Shown piece by piece: positions 1 through 11,575 of a stretch of 64,000 bases of DNA. The stretch's first letter is position 1. Every line of letters begins with the position of its first letter. The notes beneath the pieces are model-generated. The model made no database searches. It saw only the letters and a list, made by a program, of their open reading frames with translations, and had not been told where the DNA came from. This DNA comes from Azolla caroliniana (lineage: Eukaryota > Plantae > Polypodiophyta), in the NCBI GenBank assembly GCA_043228905.1, contig JBHGNT010000014.1:13268001-13332000 (forward strand), in the 5' to 3' direction. Made by a program: the position numbers and the translations under genes.

Positions 1-1000
1 TTTTGGAAGATCACATGGTGGCCGAATGATTTAACCTTTTAAAAGCTATGTGCATATACACTCAAGCTTGGGCAGAACTAATTTGTGGAGAAGGTGGGTA
101 TATATGTACCATGGAAAAGTGAGAATTACAACTTTATGGTGGCCTGTTATTAAAAGTACTTGGGCATTTAAATGTTCACAATCCATCGTGGTCTAACAAT
201 TAGTGCTCTCTTAGCAGCAACCTCAAGATTGTGATGGAAAAGGAAATCTCAAGTCATAGTTTAATCGAACGACAAGGCTTGGCTTAGTAATTGTGGAAGA
301 TACTATCTTAGAGTCACGTAGGAAAATTATGGCCTTTCGAATAGTCGGAAGTAGGTTTGATATATCACATCGATATGGGCATATATTTGGCAATCAATAT
401 TGGCATTGCCTAGTCAAGATTCCCTAATTCTAGGTTGGTGGTCAAGGAAACATCGAAAGATTGGTCATTTGGTAGTGGAAAACAATATTAGCAATGCACA
501 CTAATGATGTATATCATAAGTTGGTAGAAGTTAAAGCTTGGCTAGCATAGAAGGTTTGGGATACTTGGCACATTACTTTATGTGTGAAATGGTAATGTCA
601 AGCTTTTGGTGTGTGATGATCGGTGCATTACCTTTGGTGATGACTTTAAAATGAAGACATGTTTTGAAGGGACATGTTTCTTGCGTAAAGTGATTGAGAA
701 ATATCACATGCATAGGTTCATTAGATGCCCACTTACTAAAGCCATTTGGGTTGTTATATCACAAATTTGGCCATCATTAATAGGTATTGTTTTGTCACCT
801 TTTAAATAGGTTTTTATGGATGATGTTGGAGCATTATCCACCCCATCATATGAGGTGGTGTTTGACTACCTTAGGTACTGGGGGATGTAGCATAATGAGA
901 GCAGGAGAAATGGGTTCTTGTTTGATGGACTTTGTGGGTACCACAACAAATTCGTAGTTGAAAGGAAAGTTGATTGGGCAATTCAACATGTTCCACTACA
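1..1000 (+). mobile_element. Decayed L1-type LINE fragment (C-terminal/zf-RVT region)
   Basis: Stop-interrupted translation HRFIRCPLTKAIWVVISQIW...FDYLRYWG...RNGFLFDG resembles plant L1 ORF2 C-termini. It is also similar to the copies at 1170-1530 and 16855-17450. Confidence 0.6.
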
Positions 1001-1088
1001 CATTAGTGGGTGATCATATTCCATTGTGACACCCATTGTAAGCAGTGTTTTTCACACATTTATTAATATAATTGTTGGTTCTCACCAA

Positions 1089-1094
<6 letters not shown>

Positions 1095-1142
<48 letters not shown>
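1095..1142. repeat. (AT)n microsatellite
   Basis: Perfect AT dinucleotide run. Confidence 0.95.
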
Positions 1143-1145
<3 letters not shown>

Positions 1146-1159
1146 CTACTAATATTTTG

Positions 1160-1530
1160 TATCATCGCGCCGTTGAGTCTTTTGGATGGTTATCAGCTAA
1201 GGTTGAAGAAGAATGGAAAATACACAAATCTGATCATGGGTGGTGGCAGATCTTAAAATGTAGTTGGCATTCTAAATTGCTACTTGTAGCAAAGGCCTTC
1301 ATTTGGAGAGTTTTGATTGGAGGATTGACTTAGGATTAGCTCTGAAGCATCGTGGACTAAGAACGGGGAATTGCTTCTTTTGCACAATTCAAATGGAAGA
1401 TAATACTCATCGTTTTATACAATGTACAATTGCCTGTTAGATTTGGAGTTACATTTCTCAAATTTGGCAAGTTTTATGATAGTGTTATTTGACGCCTAGA
1501 CAGTGGGTGTTTGCACAATTTATGTTATGG
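1160..1530 (+). mobile_element. Decayed L1-type LINE fragment (zf-RVT)
   Basis: W..LK.SW.SKL...KAFIWRVL...CFFC..QMED..HRFIQC..A..IW is a zf-RVT-like CxxC...H...C pattern with in-frame stops. Confidence 0.7.
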
Positions 1531-1572
1531 GCATGACCATAAATTATCCTGTTGTAAGATTGTACCGTAATA

Positions 1573-2778
1573 TTGTTGGGTGAACAAGCTCAACATGGGC
1601 TGATCGGCTAAATAAGCCAAAAGTCGGATCGAACATAGGTCAATCGGCTAGGCTTGAATTGAGTGAATAAGTCGTAAGCTGAATAGATGGTCGAGTCGAA
1701 TGGAATTCGATAGGTCGTTAGGGAGCCTAGATGTCTATTTTAATAATTAGGCCTATTATAGGTTAGTGTTAGGCTCAGTTAATGAGCATTCAAGTACCTG
1801 ATAGTACTTGTCAACCCTTTGTTAGGGCTTGTATAAAAAGTGCATTACGCACACTTGTATGAAGAAGAACAGAGTTTTTTGTAATAGTGGTTGTGTGTTG
1901 TCTACTTAACTCAGTCTAAGTCTCTCTCTTTATCCCACACTGTGTTTTCCTTAACTATTTGTTTTTTGTTGTCCAGCCGAGCTGGCTGTGTTTGCACATA
2001 ATGCTTCCGCGCATGTATTCTTAAATTTACATGGTATTAGAGCGTGAGGGTTAGAAAAATCCTCTGCAGTTGACACACGAACAAGAACAGAGACAAGCTT
2101 TCGTCTTTTGGAGAAGAAAGACAGGAACATGGACAGAGGTATGGGAAGCTCACTTCCGACAGAAATGCTCGATAGGAGCAACTACGCATCTTGGTCGTAC
2201 AAGATGCACAAGTACCTGCTTGGGCACAAATACTGGAGCTATGTCAAAGGAGCGAATTATGCAACACCAGATGCAACACATAAGGACTTTCCGGCATGGG
2301 AGCAGGAGACAAGCAGAGTAATGTACTGCCTCGTCCAATGTCAGTGATTAGCTACTCAGCTACATCCAGGATGCCAAGTGACTGAAAGATGCGTGGGTGA
2401 ATCTCAAATGGATTTTCGCCGCCAACACAACGGCTAGGAAGCTACAACTCAAGTAGGAGCTCAACAATGTCTGGCAGAAAGATCTGTTTGTGGCGGATTA
2501 TACTGTTTGGATCAAGGAAATCCACTCCCTCGTCTCCATCAACGTGACCGTTGAGGAGGAAGAAATGGTGTTCTGCCTCGAAGGGTTGGTGTCTAGATTC
2601 GGATCATTCCGAACAACGGTTTGCGCGATAGAGAATACGTTGTACTTTTTCAACCTACAATCGATGCTCCTTGTAGAGGAGAATCACACAAGTGTGTCAA
2701 CGAGTGCACACGCCGACAACAAGATGTCGTTCATGGAGGCGGATAGGCTTCGTGGTCGTGGCGGACGAGGCAGGTTGG
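1573..2778 (+). mobile_element. Truncated Ty1/copia element: 5' LTR, PBS and degenerate gag
   Basis: LTR-like segment ends ...TTTACA at 2031 (its start is approximate). PBS TGGTATTAGAGC (tRNA-iMet type) is at 2032-2043. The broken gag MGSSLPTEMLDRSNYASWSYKM... (2108-2778) is homologous to the gag at 47146-48015. Confidence 0.8.
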
Positions 2779-3640
2779 TGTCGAATATGAGTGTATAATG
2801 GCCGTATTGACACTATCCATTGGACAAACTAGGCTTAGGACAATTCTATAAATATGTCAAAGGGCAGTTACCCTAGCCTAGTTAGTATATAATTGGTTTG
2901 TAACCTAGCCCAAAGTGTAGTTGCCTCCATTGGTTGTATCTATGAGTTTCAATAATACAGTTACATATTGTGTGCCTCTCTATCTCGCACTCTCACTTTG
3001 TCTCTTTGATCATGCTTTAATAAGATATCTAGGTGGTCTTCTTAGTATAGATGATGTTCTTATTTTTGCACTAACGGTCTAAGACTCCAACATCTGGTAT
3101 CAGAGCTTGAGGTTCTTCAACTTGTTGCTAGTCGTCATCTGTCTTCAATAACATTATTGCGTCGCCTTTCTAAAGACCCTAAGTTTAGCAACCATCAAGA
3201 GAAGAGAAGAGAAATAGTTGAGAGGTCTGCACTCCACTGTTCTAAATCACTGTCAAAGTAAGCCAACATGGTGCACTTTGCTTCTTGTGATTGTAGCCGT
3301 TTGGAGTGAGACTCCCCCACTGGATCAATCATACTTGCGCTTCATCAGACTAGGCGAAAATTGAATATTAGGTCATCTGATGTCGCTCCCTCGTTCGTCG
3401 TAACCACTTGAAGCAAAGTCTGCCCTAGAAACAACTAGAAGACATTCAGGAAGACTAGCAAGATCTGTCCCTCTCATCATTGTAGTCACTCGAAGCCGGA
3501 TCGGCATGGAAAAATGGCACATAATTTGTGATTGGCCTCTGAAATTGGTATTCAGAACTGATTTGGCATATAGTTGTGCTCAACACGATTAGGCGGTATT
3601 CAGGAGGACTAGTCGGTTCTGTCCCTCCACTCAATGTAGT
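2779..3640 (+). mobile_element. LTR and PBS of a second LTR element interrupting the copia gag
   Basis: TGTCGAA...TCCAACA at 2779-3092 contains a TATA-like TATATAA. It is followed by a perfect TGGTATCAGAGC (tRNA-iMet PBS, 3095-3106) and non-coding leader. Confidence 0.75.
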
Positions 3641-4316
3641 TGTTAGGAAACAAGTCCCTCCGGATGGGAAGGAGAATGCGAGTCAGAGAGAAGAGTAAGC
3701 CGAATCGGTCAACAATGACTCAGCCGATTCCCGATTCGGTCAAGGCAGAAAATCGTGAAGTAATCGATTTGGCTAATAGCCGAATTGGTTGAAGCCAAAT
3801 CAGGGCTATAATTGTAAATAACCTGAATGTGCCTTAGTGGGCTACATTTGTAAATAGCCCGTATTGTATTTGAGTATAAATAATATAGTTATAGCAAGTA
3901 GTTAGGAAGATGAAGACGTTGTTGATATAGTTGACTGTGTTGAGAGAGTGTGTGTGTGAGAGAGTTAGATGTACTTTGTTGTAACCGTTTGTTAGACGAA
4001 GACGAGCTCGAGTTTTGTTGCTTGCAAGTCTCCTTGTATCCTCTCATATATATAGTGTAACAGTTTGAAGTCTGTGGGCTCTAGTGGGTTTTCCCTTTTT
4101 TCAAGGTTTTCCACGTAAACATCATGTGTCCTCTTGTTTGTATATTCATTTTCTATTCTTTCATTTCCACTTGTGAGTGATAATTGGTTGAAGCTGAATC
4201 AAGGCTATAATTGTAAATAACCTCAATGTGCCTTAGTGGGCTACATTTGTAAATAGCCCATATTGTTTTTGAGTATAAATATAGTTACAACAAGTAGTTA
4301 GGAAGATGAAGACGTT
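3641..4316 (+). mobile_element. Copia LTR related to the LTR at 48355-48963, with an internal ~135-bp duplication
   Basis: Begins TGTTAGGAAACAAGTCCCTCCGGATGGG versus TGTTGGGATTACGGTCCCTTTCGGATGGG in element B. Shares TGTAAATAGCCC and GGTTTTCCACGT with B. Segment 3783-3920 is repeated at 4182-4316. Confidence 0.7.
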
Positions 4317-4328
4317 CCAACTACTCAA

Positions 4329-4440
4329 TGTGGAAGTTGAAGATGCAGGATATGCTTGTATGCAAAGACTTATGGTTACCGGTGCAATACGGTAAGACTA
4401 AGCCTGACAAGATTGATGCAACTATCGTGACTCGTGAGTA

Positions 4441-4518
<78 letters not shown>

Positions 4519-4865
4519 CAAGAGATGGAAATGAGATTATATTATGAGGAAACAAGGTTACAAAGAGTAGGTTAAGGGCTAAAGACTGGTGTTGAACCGA
4601 ATGAGTTGTGATGAATGAATAGACAGGTCCTATTTATAGGTCCTTATGGAGTATTCTAGAATGTTCTAGAATATTTTAGATATTTATGATATTTAATATA
4701 ATCATTGAATATCCTAGAATGTTCTAGAATACTCTAAATATCTTGTATAATAATATATTTAATTATACATCATATATGTTATTATAATGGTTAAAGGTTT
4801 AAGATATAAACCAATACGTCTTGGGCTTGAATCCTTGTAAGGCCAAAATGTATGTCTTCATGACA
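4329..4865 (-). mobile_element. 3' LTR of a chromovirus, containing (GA)n at about 4444-4516
   Basis: On the minus strand the PPT AAAAGGGGGGATAA lies immediately before TGTCATGA (4865). TCTAGAA repeats and TATAAATAG are present. The left boundary is uncertain. Confidence 0.7.
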
Positions 4866-6420
4866 TTATCCCCCCTTTTCGACGACGAGTTCCATGAGTC
4901 GGAAGACAAGATTTCGGACTTGGCTTATGGGGATATTTGTTGTGAAACACGGCAACCATTTCAGAGGCATTAGCAAGATTCTCGAGAGGTTCCCATGTTC
5001 GATTATTAGGTGTATAACCTAACCAGTCAACCAAATAATACAATTTGTTGCGAACAATCTTGGAGTTGAGAATGGCAGCAACTTCATATTCGGAGCCATT
5101 CGAAACTTCGATTGGAGGTTGGGGAGATGTAAGACGGCCTGGAATAGAGCTGGTTATGTACGGCTCCAAAAGTGAAACATAGAAGATCGGGTGAAGATGC
5201 ATATGAGGGGGAAGATCAAGGGGAAATGTCACATCATTGATCTTACCAGATATCACATATGGGCCAAAACGTTGATAATCCAATTTGTAGCAAGGTCGGG
5301 TTGTTTTAATACGACCTTGTAAAAGCCATACTCGATGTCCCACTTGAAACGTAGTCGATGAATCACGTCGATGACGGTTGACAACCTTCTTTTGAGTGTT
5401 TTGAGCATCACATAAATGGTGCAAAAGGATATCTTGAACTTCTTGGAGTTGGGTGAGCCGATCTTTAGCAGCCAGGTTTGTCGGGAGTTCGGGATGTTGA
5501 AGCGTAGTGCAACGAGGATGGTACCCAATGTTTGCAAAAAATGGGGAATATCCAGTAGAAGAATGTTCTGAGTTGTTGTATGCAAATTCTACCAAATGTA
5601 ATAGATCAACCCAATCATCTTGTTGATAGTTGACAAAACAATGAAGATATTGTTCTATTGTTTGGTTGGTGTGCTCACTTTGCCCGTTAGTTTCTAGATG
5701 GTAGCCGGAAGAGAGTTTGCAAGAAGTATGTAAGAGTTTAAGCATGTGCCGCCAAAATTTTGAGATGAACTGGGGACCCCAATCACTGATAATATCATTG
5801 GGAAGACCATGATGCCGAAACGCCTCTCGCATGAGTAACTTGGTTGTCTCTTGGCTCGTAATGGCCTTTGTGTAGGGAAGAAAATGTGCCATCTTGGTAA
5901 AACGATCTACTACCGTGAGAATAGAATCAAAACCCTTGGAAGGTGGTAGATCCATAATGAAGTCCAATGAAATAGATTTCCATGTACTCTCAGGAATAGG
6001 CATTGGTTGTAATAAGCCATATGGATGATGTCGAGGTTTTTTGGATCGGCAACATGTATCACAACTACGAACATAATCCGTAACAAAATGGCGAAGTCGT
6101 GGCCACCAATACCTTCGAGAAATTAACGCCAAAGTTTTGTGGATGCTAAAATGTCCAGCCATTGGTGTGTCATGACATTGTTGCAAGACTTGGAGTCGAG
6201 AAGGACCATCAGGCACATATAAGAGATTTTGTCGAAAAAGTAAACCATTATGCCAATTGAACTGGTTGTAGTCTTGACGAGGATTTTGAGATTGTGAACA
6301 AGAAGCACGATCTGGGATAATATGGTTCAGAATATGTCTTGGGCGAATTCATCAGTCTCAATATGCTCTTGAATGGAGTCCAAAGGACTTGAATCCCCGG
6401 GTCTGTCTATAGCATGAATC
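4858..6420 (-). mobile_element. Ty3/gypsy chromovirus remnant (Tcn1-like): integrase plus chromodomain
   Basis: 452-aa ORF with HHCC (HDTPMAGH...CDTC), core SISLDFI / IISDWG / NGQSE, GPY motif and chromodomain YEVAAILNSK...YLVDWLGY...TWEPLENL. The 5' part is missing. Confidence 0.92.
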
Positions 6421-7123
6421 CTAAATTAATCTCTCATGATGGTACACTGAGTGGGATATAATGTAGTTTTCACCCTTAACGCTTATGATAAGGGTGGACA
6501 CTTTCATACATGTTCTATAAGAGGTGTCTTCACACAATATTTGTGATTGAATTCAAGCTCTCAATAATTCTAACATGTGCCACCTCAAGAGATATTGAAT
6601 TGATGTTGTCACTATACCTATAAATTATAAATCCATATTCTAGAACTTCATCTCTTCATTAATTCCAAGACATTAATGAATTTGTACGTTTGCTCAAGAT
6701 AGGGGATTAATAATCACATATAAAAAGAAACTCTATTTACTAGTTTTATCAATTTGATAAGGTTTGATAATTGTACTATAGTCAACTTGAAGTTGCACCA
6801 CTTGATGATGATTGGTTGGAGACAAAGAAATGTGTGTAAGTTGTATGATAGCCGTCCAATTGATTAATAATAACAAAGACTTGGCAAAAATATATAATCA
6901 ACAAAAAACCTCCATTGCTAATAGAAATATTTAAAATTCCAAACCAAACACCAAGACTATATTCAATAAGTGCATGGCATTCATTGTGGAAGAATATTCT
7001 CTACTCAAATGTGAACTTGATTATAACCACTTAAAAATCTCATGGAAGATCATGTCTCATGACCAAGCAAAACATCTTGAGCATGTAATTGACAAAGAGA
7101 ACCGGAAAGGGATCCATGCCCAC

Positions 7124-7556
7124 AACAATCGGCAACGGTTCGGTTTGAACCGAACCGAACTATGAAACCGCGGCTTAAATGGTTTGGTTCAGGTTTTTTT
7201 AACGTTTCGGTTTGGTTTCAACAATTAGAAAATACGGTTTAATGAATCTTTAAAATTTTTGTTTTTTGTTTTTTATTTTAAAATTTTAAAATTTTTTAAG
7301 AATCTTTCCATTTTCATGCCTTATTCTCACATTTTTGGAAAATTTTGAAATTTTAAATAATGAAATATTTTAAATTTTAAAATTTTGACCTAAGCTGAAA
7401 ACCAAAACCGAACCACGAAATTGCGGTTTTACCAGTTTGAAATTTTTTTAATGGTTCGGTTTGATGGTTTCGTCGTTCGGTTCAGGTTTCTAAATTTTTA
7501 GACAGTTCGGTTTCAAACTGGTTCAATTGACCCTCTTGAACCATTGCCGATTGTCA
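7124..7556. mobile_element. hAT-type MITE, copy 1
   Basis: TIRs AACAATCGGCAACGGTTC / GAACCATTGCCGATTGT, perfect 8-bp TSD ATGCCCAC (7116-7123 and 7557-7564), AACCG subterminal repeats and an AT-rich core. Confidence 0.88.
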
Positions 7557-8407
7557 ATGCCCACTTGCAACATTAAAATGTAAGTAACAGAATACGCAAC
7601 GAACAATTTTTAAGAAGCAATGATCGAGTGGTATGATATTCGAATAAAATAGACCTCACCTTCAACAACTTACAAATGGCTTCCTTGACCTCTTTGGCAC
7701 TATCAATAGCTTTGAAATCCTTTTTGTTTTAATGGCTTTGACTGGGATGTGGCGTTTTCCTGGTTAAGGAGATTGGGGTGGGTAGTCTTCACCCTTCATA
7801 ATGACATCAAGCAAACAAATCTTGATATTCAATCGACATGACACTCAAGTCACCAATTTGGTATCTTTATCATTATCACAGCGCTAAATAGTTACCCTTT
7901 CAAATATCTCTTTGCTTTGAATCCCACCTAGCAGTCCATTACCGATAGGTGAATCATATAAGCCATCAATCATTAAATCTCTCTGATCAATTCAGCTATC
8001 ATACTATTGCTTTAATCAGAAATTATTTTGTATTTTCAAATTATTCATGGAATCAGCCAATTAGAATCTTCAGTTACAAAAATGGTCTCCATGCTACCAT
8101 ATAATTCTGGAGTGGATTCAACTTCATCACATGCCATGCCGGTCATTTTAGTTCTGTAAAAATCAGATTAAATTAAAAGCACAAAGTTGTTGGGTACAAG
8201 AAAAATGAATGGTCAATGCCACTCAAGAACCTTCATAAATTATTAAACAATATAAAGTTTTATACAAGAGTATTCTGTGTATGTACACAGACATAAGTGT
8301 AAGTCCATATACATTTTTATTTACAAGCATATGACAATCATGCAATACATGAGGTAATATATAGAGAGAGAGCGAGAGATCGATACATATGTATATATAT
8401 AGATATT

Positions 8408-10666
8408 TCAAGACTCAGGCCAACTTTTAAATTCTAATAGAGATGGGCCCTGTATTGTAGACTCCTTCGCAAGAAGAGCCATGATAACGCCTCCATGAAC
8501 CCTTTGCTCCAATGATGGTAAAGAAAATGCCAATGAGTCAGTTGAAGCCAAATCAAGCGTGTTATGACTGCTTTGTAACTTCTCGATGAAAGATTCATTG
8601 GTATGTGGTGAAAGCATCTTATCCTTCGAATATTTCGGAAGGGTTGTATTCTGGTCTGTGGGGAGGATAACCATTTTTCCTTGTGGTATATAGCATGCAT
8701 TAACCACGTCTCCATCACTTTCTCGATTAAGAAGTATGTCCTTCAATGCTATGCCTGAGGTTGTGTTGTTACTACGATATTCTATCTCACCTTTCTTTCC
8801 ATGAGATATCTGAGCTCTGTCACTCTCACAACGCATTAACTCTGTTTCTGCTGGTTCACGATTCCTTGATGATACAGACTTGCTAAATTGCTCTGACAAC
8901 CCAATGGAAGAAGATGCCGACATAGATATACTGCATGAAGGGTTCATGCAATCACTATTTGTAACATACTGCTCCATAAAGGTCTTTTGGCTGCTATCAT
9001 GGGGGCTTGTTTCTCGTCTTGAAAAATTATCAGTAAGTATTTTTCCATTAATAGCTTTATGCACTGAGCTTTTTCCATCAGTAGATTTATCATTATGTAT
9101 TGAACTATCTCTACGGCAAAAGCCTCTCTTTCCACCTCCATGTGCTTTACAGAAATCAGTATTTCCTTGTGCACTTTTATCACACTTCTCGAATTTGCAT
9201 CGTTTTCCACCTCCGTGCCTTACACAACAATCAGTTCTTCCCCTAGCACTTTTAGTACAACCAGGAAAGGAACACCTCTTACCACCCCCATGTGCCACAC
9301 AGAATAAAGTACCCCCATGAACACTCTTTGTGCAAATACCCCCTCCGAATGTACACCTTTTGCCACCACCATGAGCTTTGCATAGCAATGTACTTCCTTC
9401 TGCACCTTTTGTACATCCTTCATATACACACCTCTTACCACCACCATGAGCTTTGCAAAACATAGTACTTCCTTGTGCACCTTTACCACACTCTGGGAAT
9501 TGACAACGTCTTCCTCCACCATGAGATATACATAGCCCTGAAATGCCCTCTGCGCTTCTATTACACCCTTCTCTCTGACATCTCTTACCACCTCCATGTC
9601 TTATGCATTTACCAGATTTTCCTCTTGATGCTTTAGCACAACCCTCAACATTACATCTTCGGCCTCCCCCGTGGGCGATGCAAAAATCAGTCTTTCCTTC
9701 GGCACTTTTAAGGCATCCTAGGCTTTGACATCGTGGACCACCGCCATGAGTTTTGCAGAAATTTGTGCCACTCTCAGCACCCTTTGTGCAATTGGGTTTT
9801 TGACAACGTCTTCCTCCACCATGTGTAATGCAAAGACCAGATGATCCTCTTGCACCTTTTGTACATCCTGGAAACTTACACATCTTCTTAGATCTAGCAT
9901 TAGAGTAGGTTAGGCCAACACCACCACTAGCAGATGATGGCTCACAAACAAGAGAAAATGAACAAGATTTGCTACTACTCGAATCATTTCCTTTTGTCAA
10001 GACTTCTTCAGTGTGATCCAATAAATATTTTCCATTTCCTTGAAAAGCCAAAACGTCAGCATCATGCAAGCCCAATATTCTTTGATCATTCAATATGCTT
10101 TGATTGTTCAACATATTTTGATTGTGTAATATACTTCGATTGTTCAGCTTCACTCGCTTTGCAGCACTGGTGGAACCTTCATCATGCATAACACAAGACC
10201 CTCGAAGTGTATTACCAATAACATCATTACACAACATGCTCTCTGAATCATCTGAGAAAGCATTTCCCTCAAGTCTGGCATGCGATACATGTGTTCGTGA
10301 GGATCCATCATCATCACTAGAAAAAGACAGTCCTTGATTGCTAAAAATGGCGAGGCACTTTGATCCAGACTCATAACAAGATTGATTGAGAAAACTACGT
10401 CCAGAAGAAATCAAGCTAAAATTCACTTCTCTCAAAGAATGAGAAGAATGTTTTGGCCCACCACTTTGTTGATAGCCTAGACTTGATACCGCGTGCATAT
10501 ATTTCCCATGATTATTCACTTCCCACTCAGTACTGTGAGTAACTTCACTATGAACACATCCAATGCTACTGCGTAACCCTAGAACTAGCTGAAGATCATC
10601 TTGATCTGGGAGTTTATCACTATTGCCCTCTTGTGTGATTGATTTTGCAGAATTGAATGGAGCCAT
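8408..10666 (-). CDS. WRKY19-type Cys/His zinc-finger repeat protein (plant HGGG-repeat, 'loricrin-like' family)
   Basis: Single long ORF; the first ATG is at 10666 (the ORF track starts at a GTG at 10684). It has ten C..HGGG[RKP]R repeats, the family C-terminal motif E.RVHGG..M.LL, and an N-terminal LQLVLGL. No WRKYGQK is present. Confidence 0.9.
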   Translation of the reverse strand: MAPFNSAKSITQEGNSDKLPDQDDLQLVLGLRSSIGCVHSEVTHSTEWEVNNHGKYMHAVSSLGYQQSGGPKHSSHSLREVNFSLISSGRSFLNQSCYESGSKCLAIFSNQGLSFSSDDDGSSRTHVSHARLEGNAFSDDSESMLCNDVIGNTLRGSCVMHDEGSTSAAKRVKLNNRSILHNQNMLNNQSILNDQRILGLHDADVLAFQGNGKYLLDHTEEVLTKGNDSSSSKSCSFSLVCEPSSASGGVGLTYSNARSKKMCKFPGCTKGARGSSGLCITHGGGRRCQKPNCTKGAESGTNFCKTHGGGPRCQSLGCLKSAEGKTDFCIAHGGGRRCNVEGCAKASRGKSGKCIRHGGGKRCQREGCNRSAEGISGLCISHGGGRRCQFPECGKGAQGSTMFCKAHGGGKRCVYEGCTKGAEGSTLLCKAHGGGKRCTFGGGICTKSVHGGTLFCVAHGGGKRCSFPGCTKSARGRTDCCVRHGGGKRCKFEKCDKSAQGNTDFCKAHGGGKRGFCRRDSSIHNDKSTDGKSSVHKAINGKILTDNFSRRETSPHDSSQKTFMEQYVTNSDCMNPSCSISMSASSSIGLSEQFSKSVSSRNREPAETELMRCESDRAQISHGKKGEIEYRSNNTTSGIALKDILLNRESDGDVVNACYIPQGKMVILPTDQNTTLPKYSKDKMLSPHTNESFIEKLQSSHNTLDLASTDSLAFSLPSLEQRVHGGVIMALLAKESTIQGPSLLEFKSWPES

Positions 10667-10964
10667 CAGCTCATTAACATTCACTCTAGATAACCAGCAA
10701 GCACTTGGTTTTATACAATAAATATACCGAGGGACGATTTCAAACTGATTGATACCCTCTTAATTAAAACAAAACTAGCTACATCACTATATTGATGCTA
10801 ATGAAACCAACAACACTATTATGTCGATGTTAACGAAACTGACTACACCACTATATACATGCTTCGTCCACATGCTATCCCTGCCACCATCGAGATTGTG
10901 GCATCCATATATATACATATCAATAACCTTCTTTGACCATGCCACGTTGTCCTTTCCTACAGCA

Positions 10965-11575
10965 GTCAATACGTACATATCTGAACCACAAAAGAATCAA
11001 CATGGAATATCAATTTTAGAATGTACGTGAAGATGTGTATACCTGAAATCCATACTCAACGGACCAAACAACCATAACTTCGTAGCATGCATGTGAAGAT
11101 GCACAAATCTAAAATACATGATCAACACAAACCAAGGGATCAACATAGAATATGTACTTTCAGAATATGCATGAAAATGTACATATCTGACCTACATAAC
11201 CCGTGAATGCCAAGTGAAAAGACCAACATGGAATATATGATACATGTGAAGATGTACATATCTGAAAGATAAAATCAACAAACCAAAGAAATGGACATGG
11301 GAATGTATATATTGTCAGAATTTAGGTGTAGACATATGCATCTGAAAGACATAACCAACAACTAACCACATGTTGAACATGAAAAATAAATTTTGAGCAT
11401 GCACGTGAAGATGTACATATCTGAAGATAATTAACAAACAAAAGCATCAACATGGAGCATAAATTTTTGGCATGGATGTGAAGATGTACATATTTGAAGA
11501 TAAATAACAAACCAAAGGATCAACATGGAACAGAAATTCTGAACATGAATATGACAATGTATATATCTAACTAGA
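10965..11575. repeat. Degenerate tandem array of ~70-bp units, core GTGAAGATGTACATATCTGAA
   Basis: The core recurs about 8-9 times, usually followed by AACCAAAG..ATCAACATGG. Confidence 0.8.

Noticed and set aside
2032-2043. Variant PBS TGGTATTAGAGC (also at 48173-48184) as a novel primer
   Set aside because: It is a single C>T in a CAG context from the standard tRNA-iMet PBS, explained by deamination or G:U pairing.
8880-10374. Antisense and alternative-frame ORFs over the HGGG gene
   Set aside because: They are shadows of the repetitive main ORF.
8408-10666. Calling the gene a true WRKY transcription factor
   Set aside because: No WRKYGQK domain is present; only the HGGG repeat region is shared.
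10965-11575. CRISPR-like appearance of the repeat/linker array (also 62240-63065)
   Set aside because: The repeats are degenerate, the linkers resemble one another, no cas genes are present and the context is eukaryotic.
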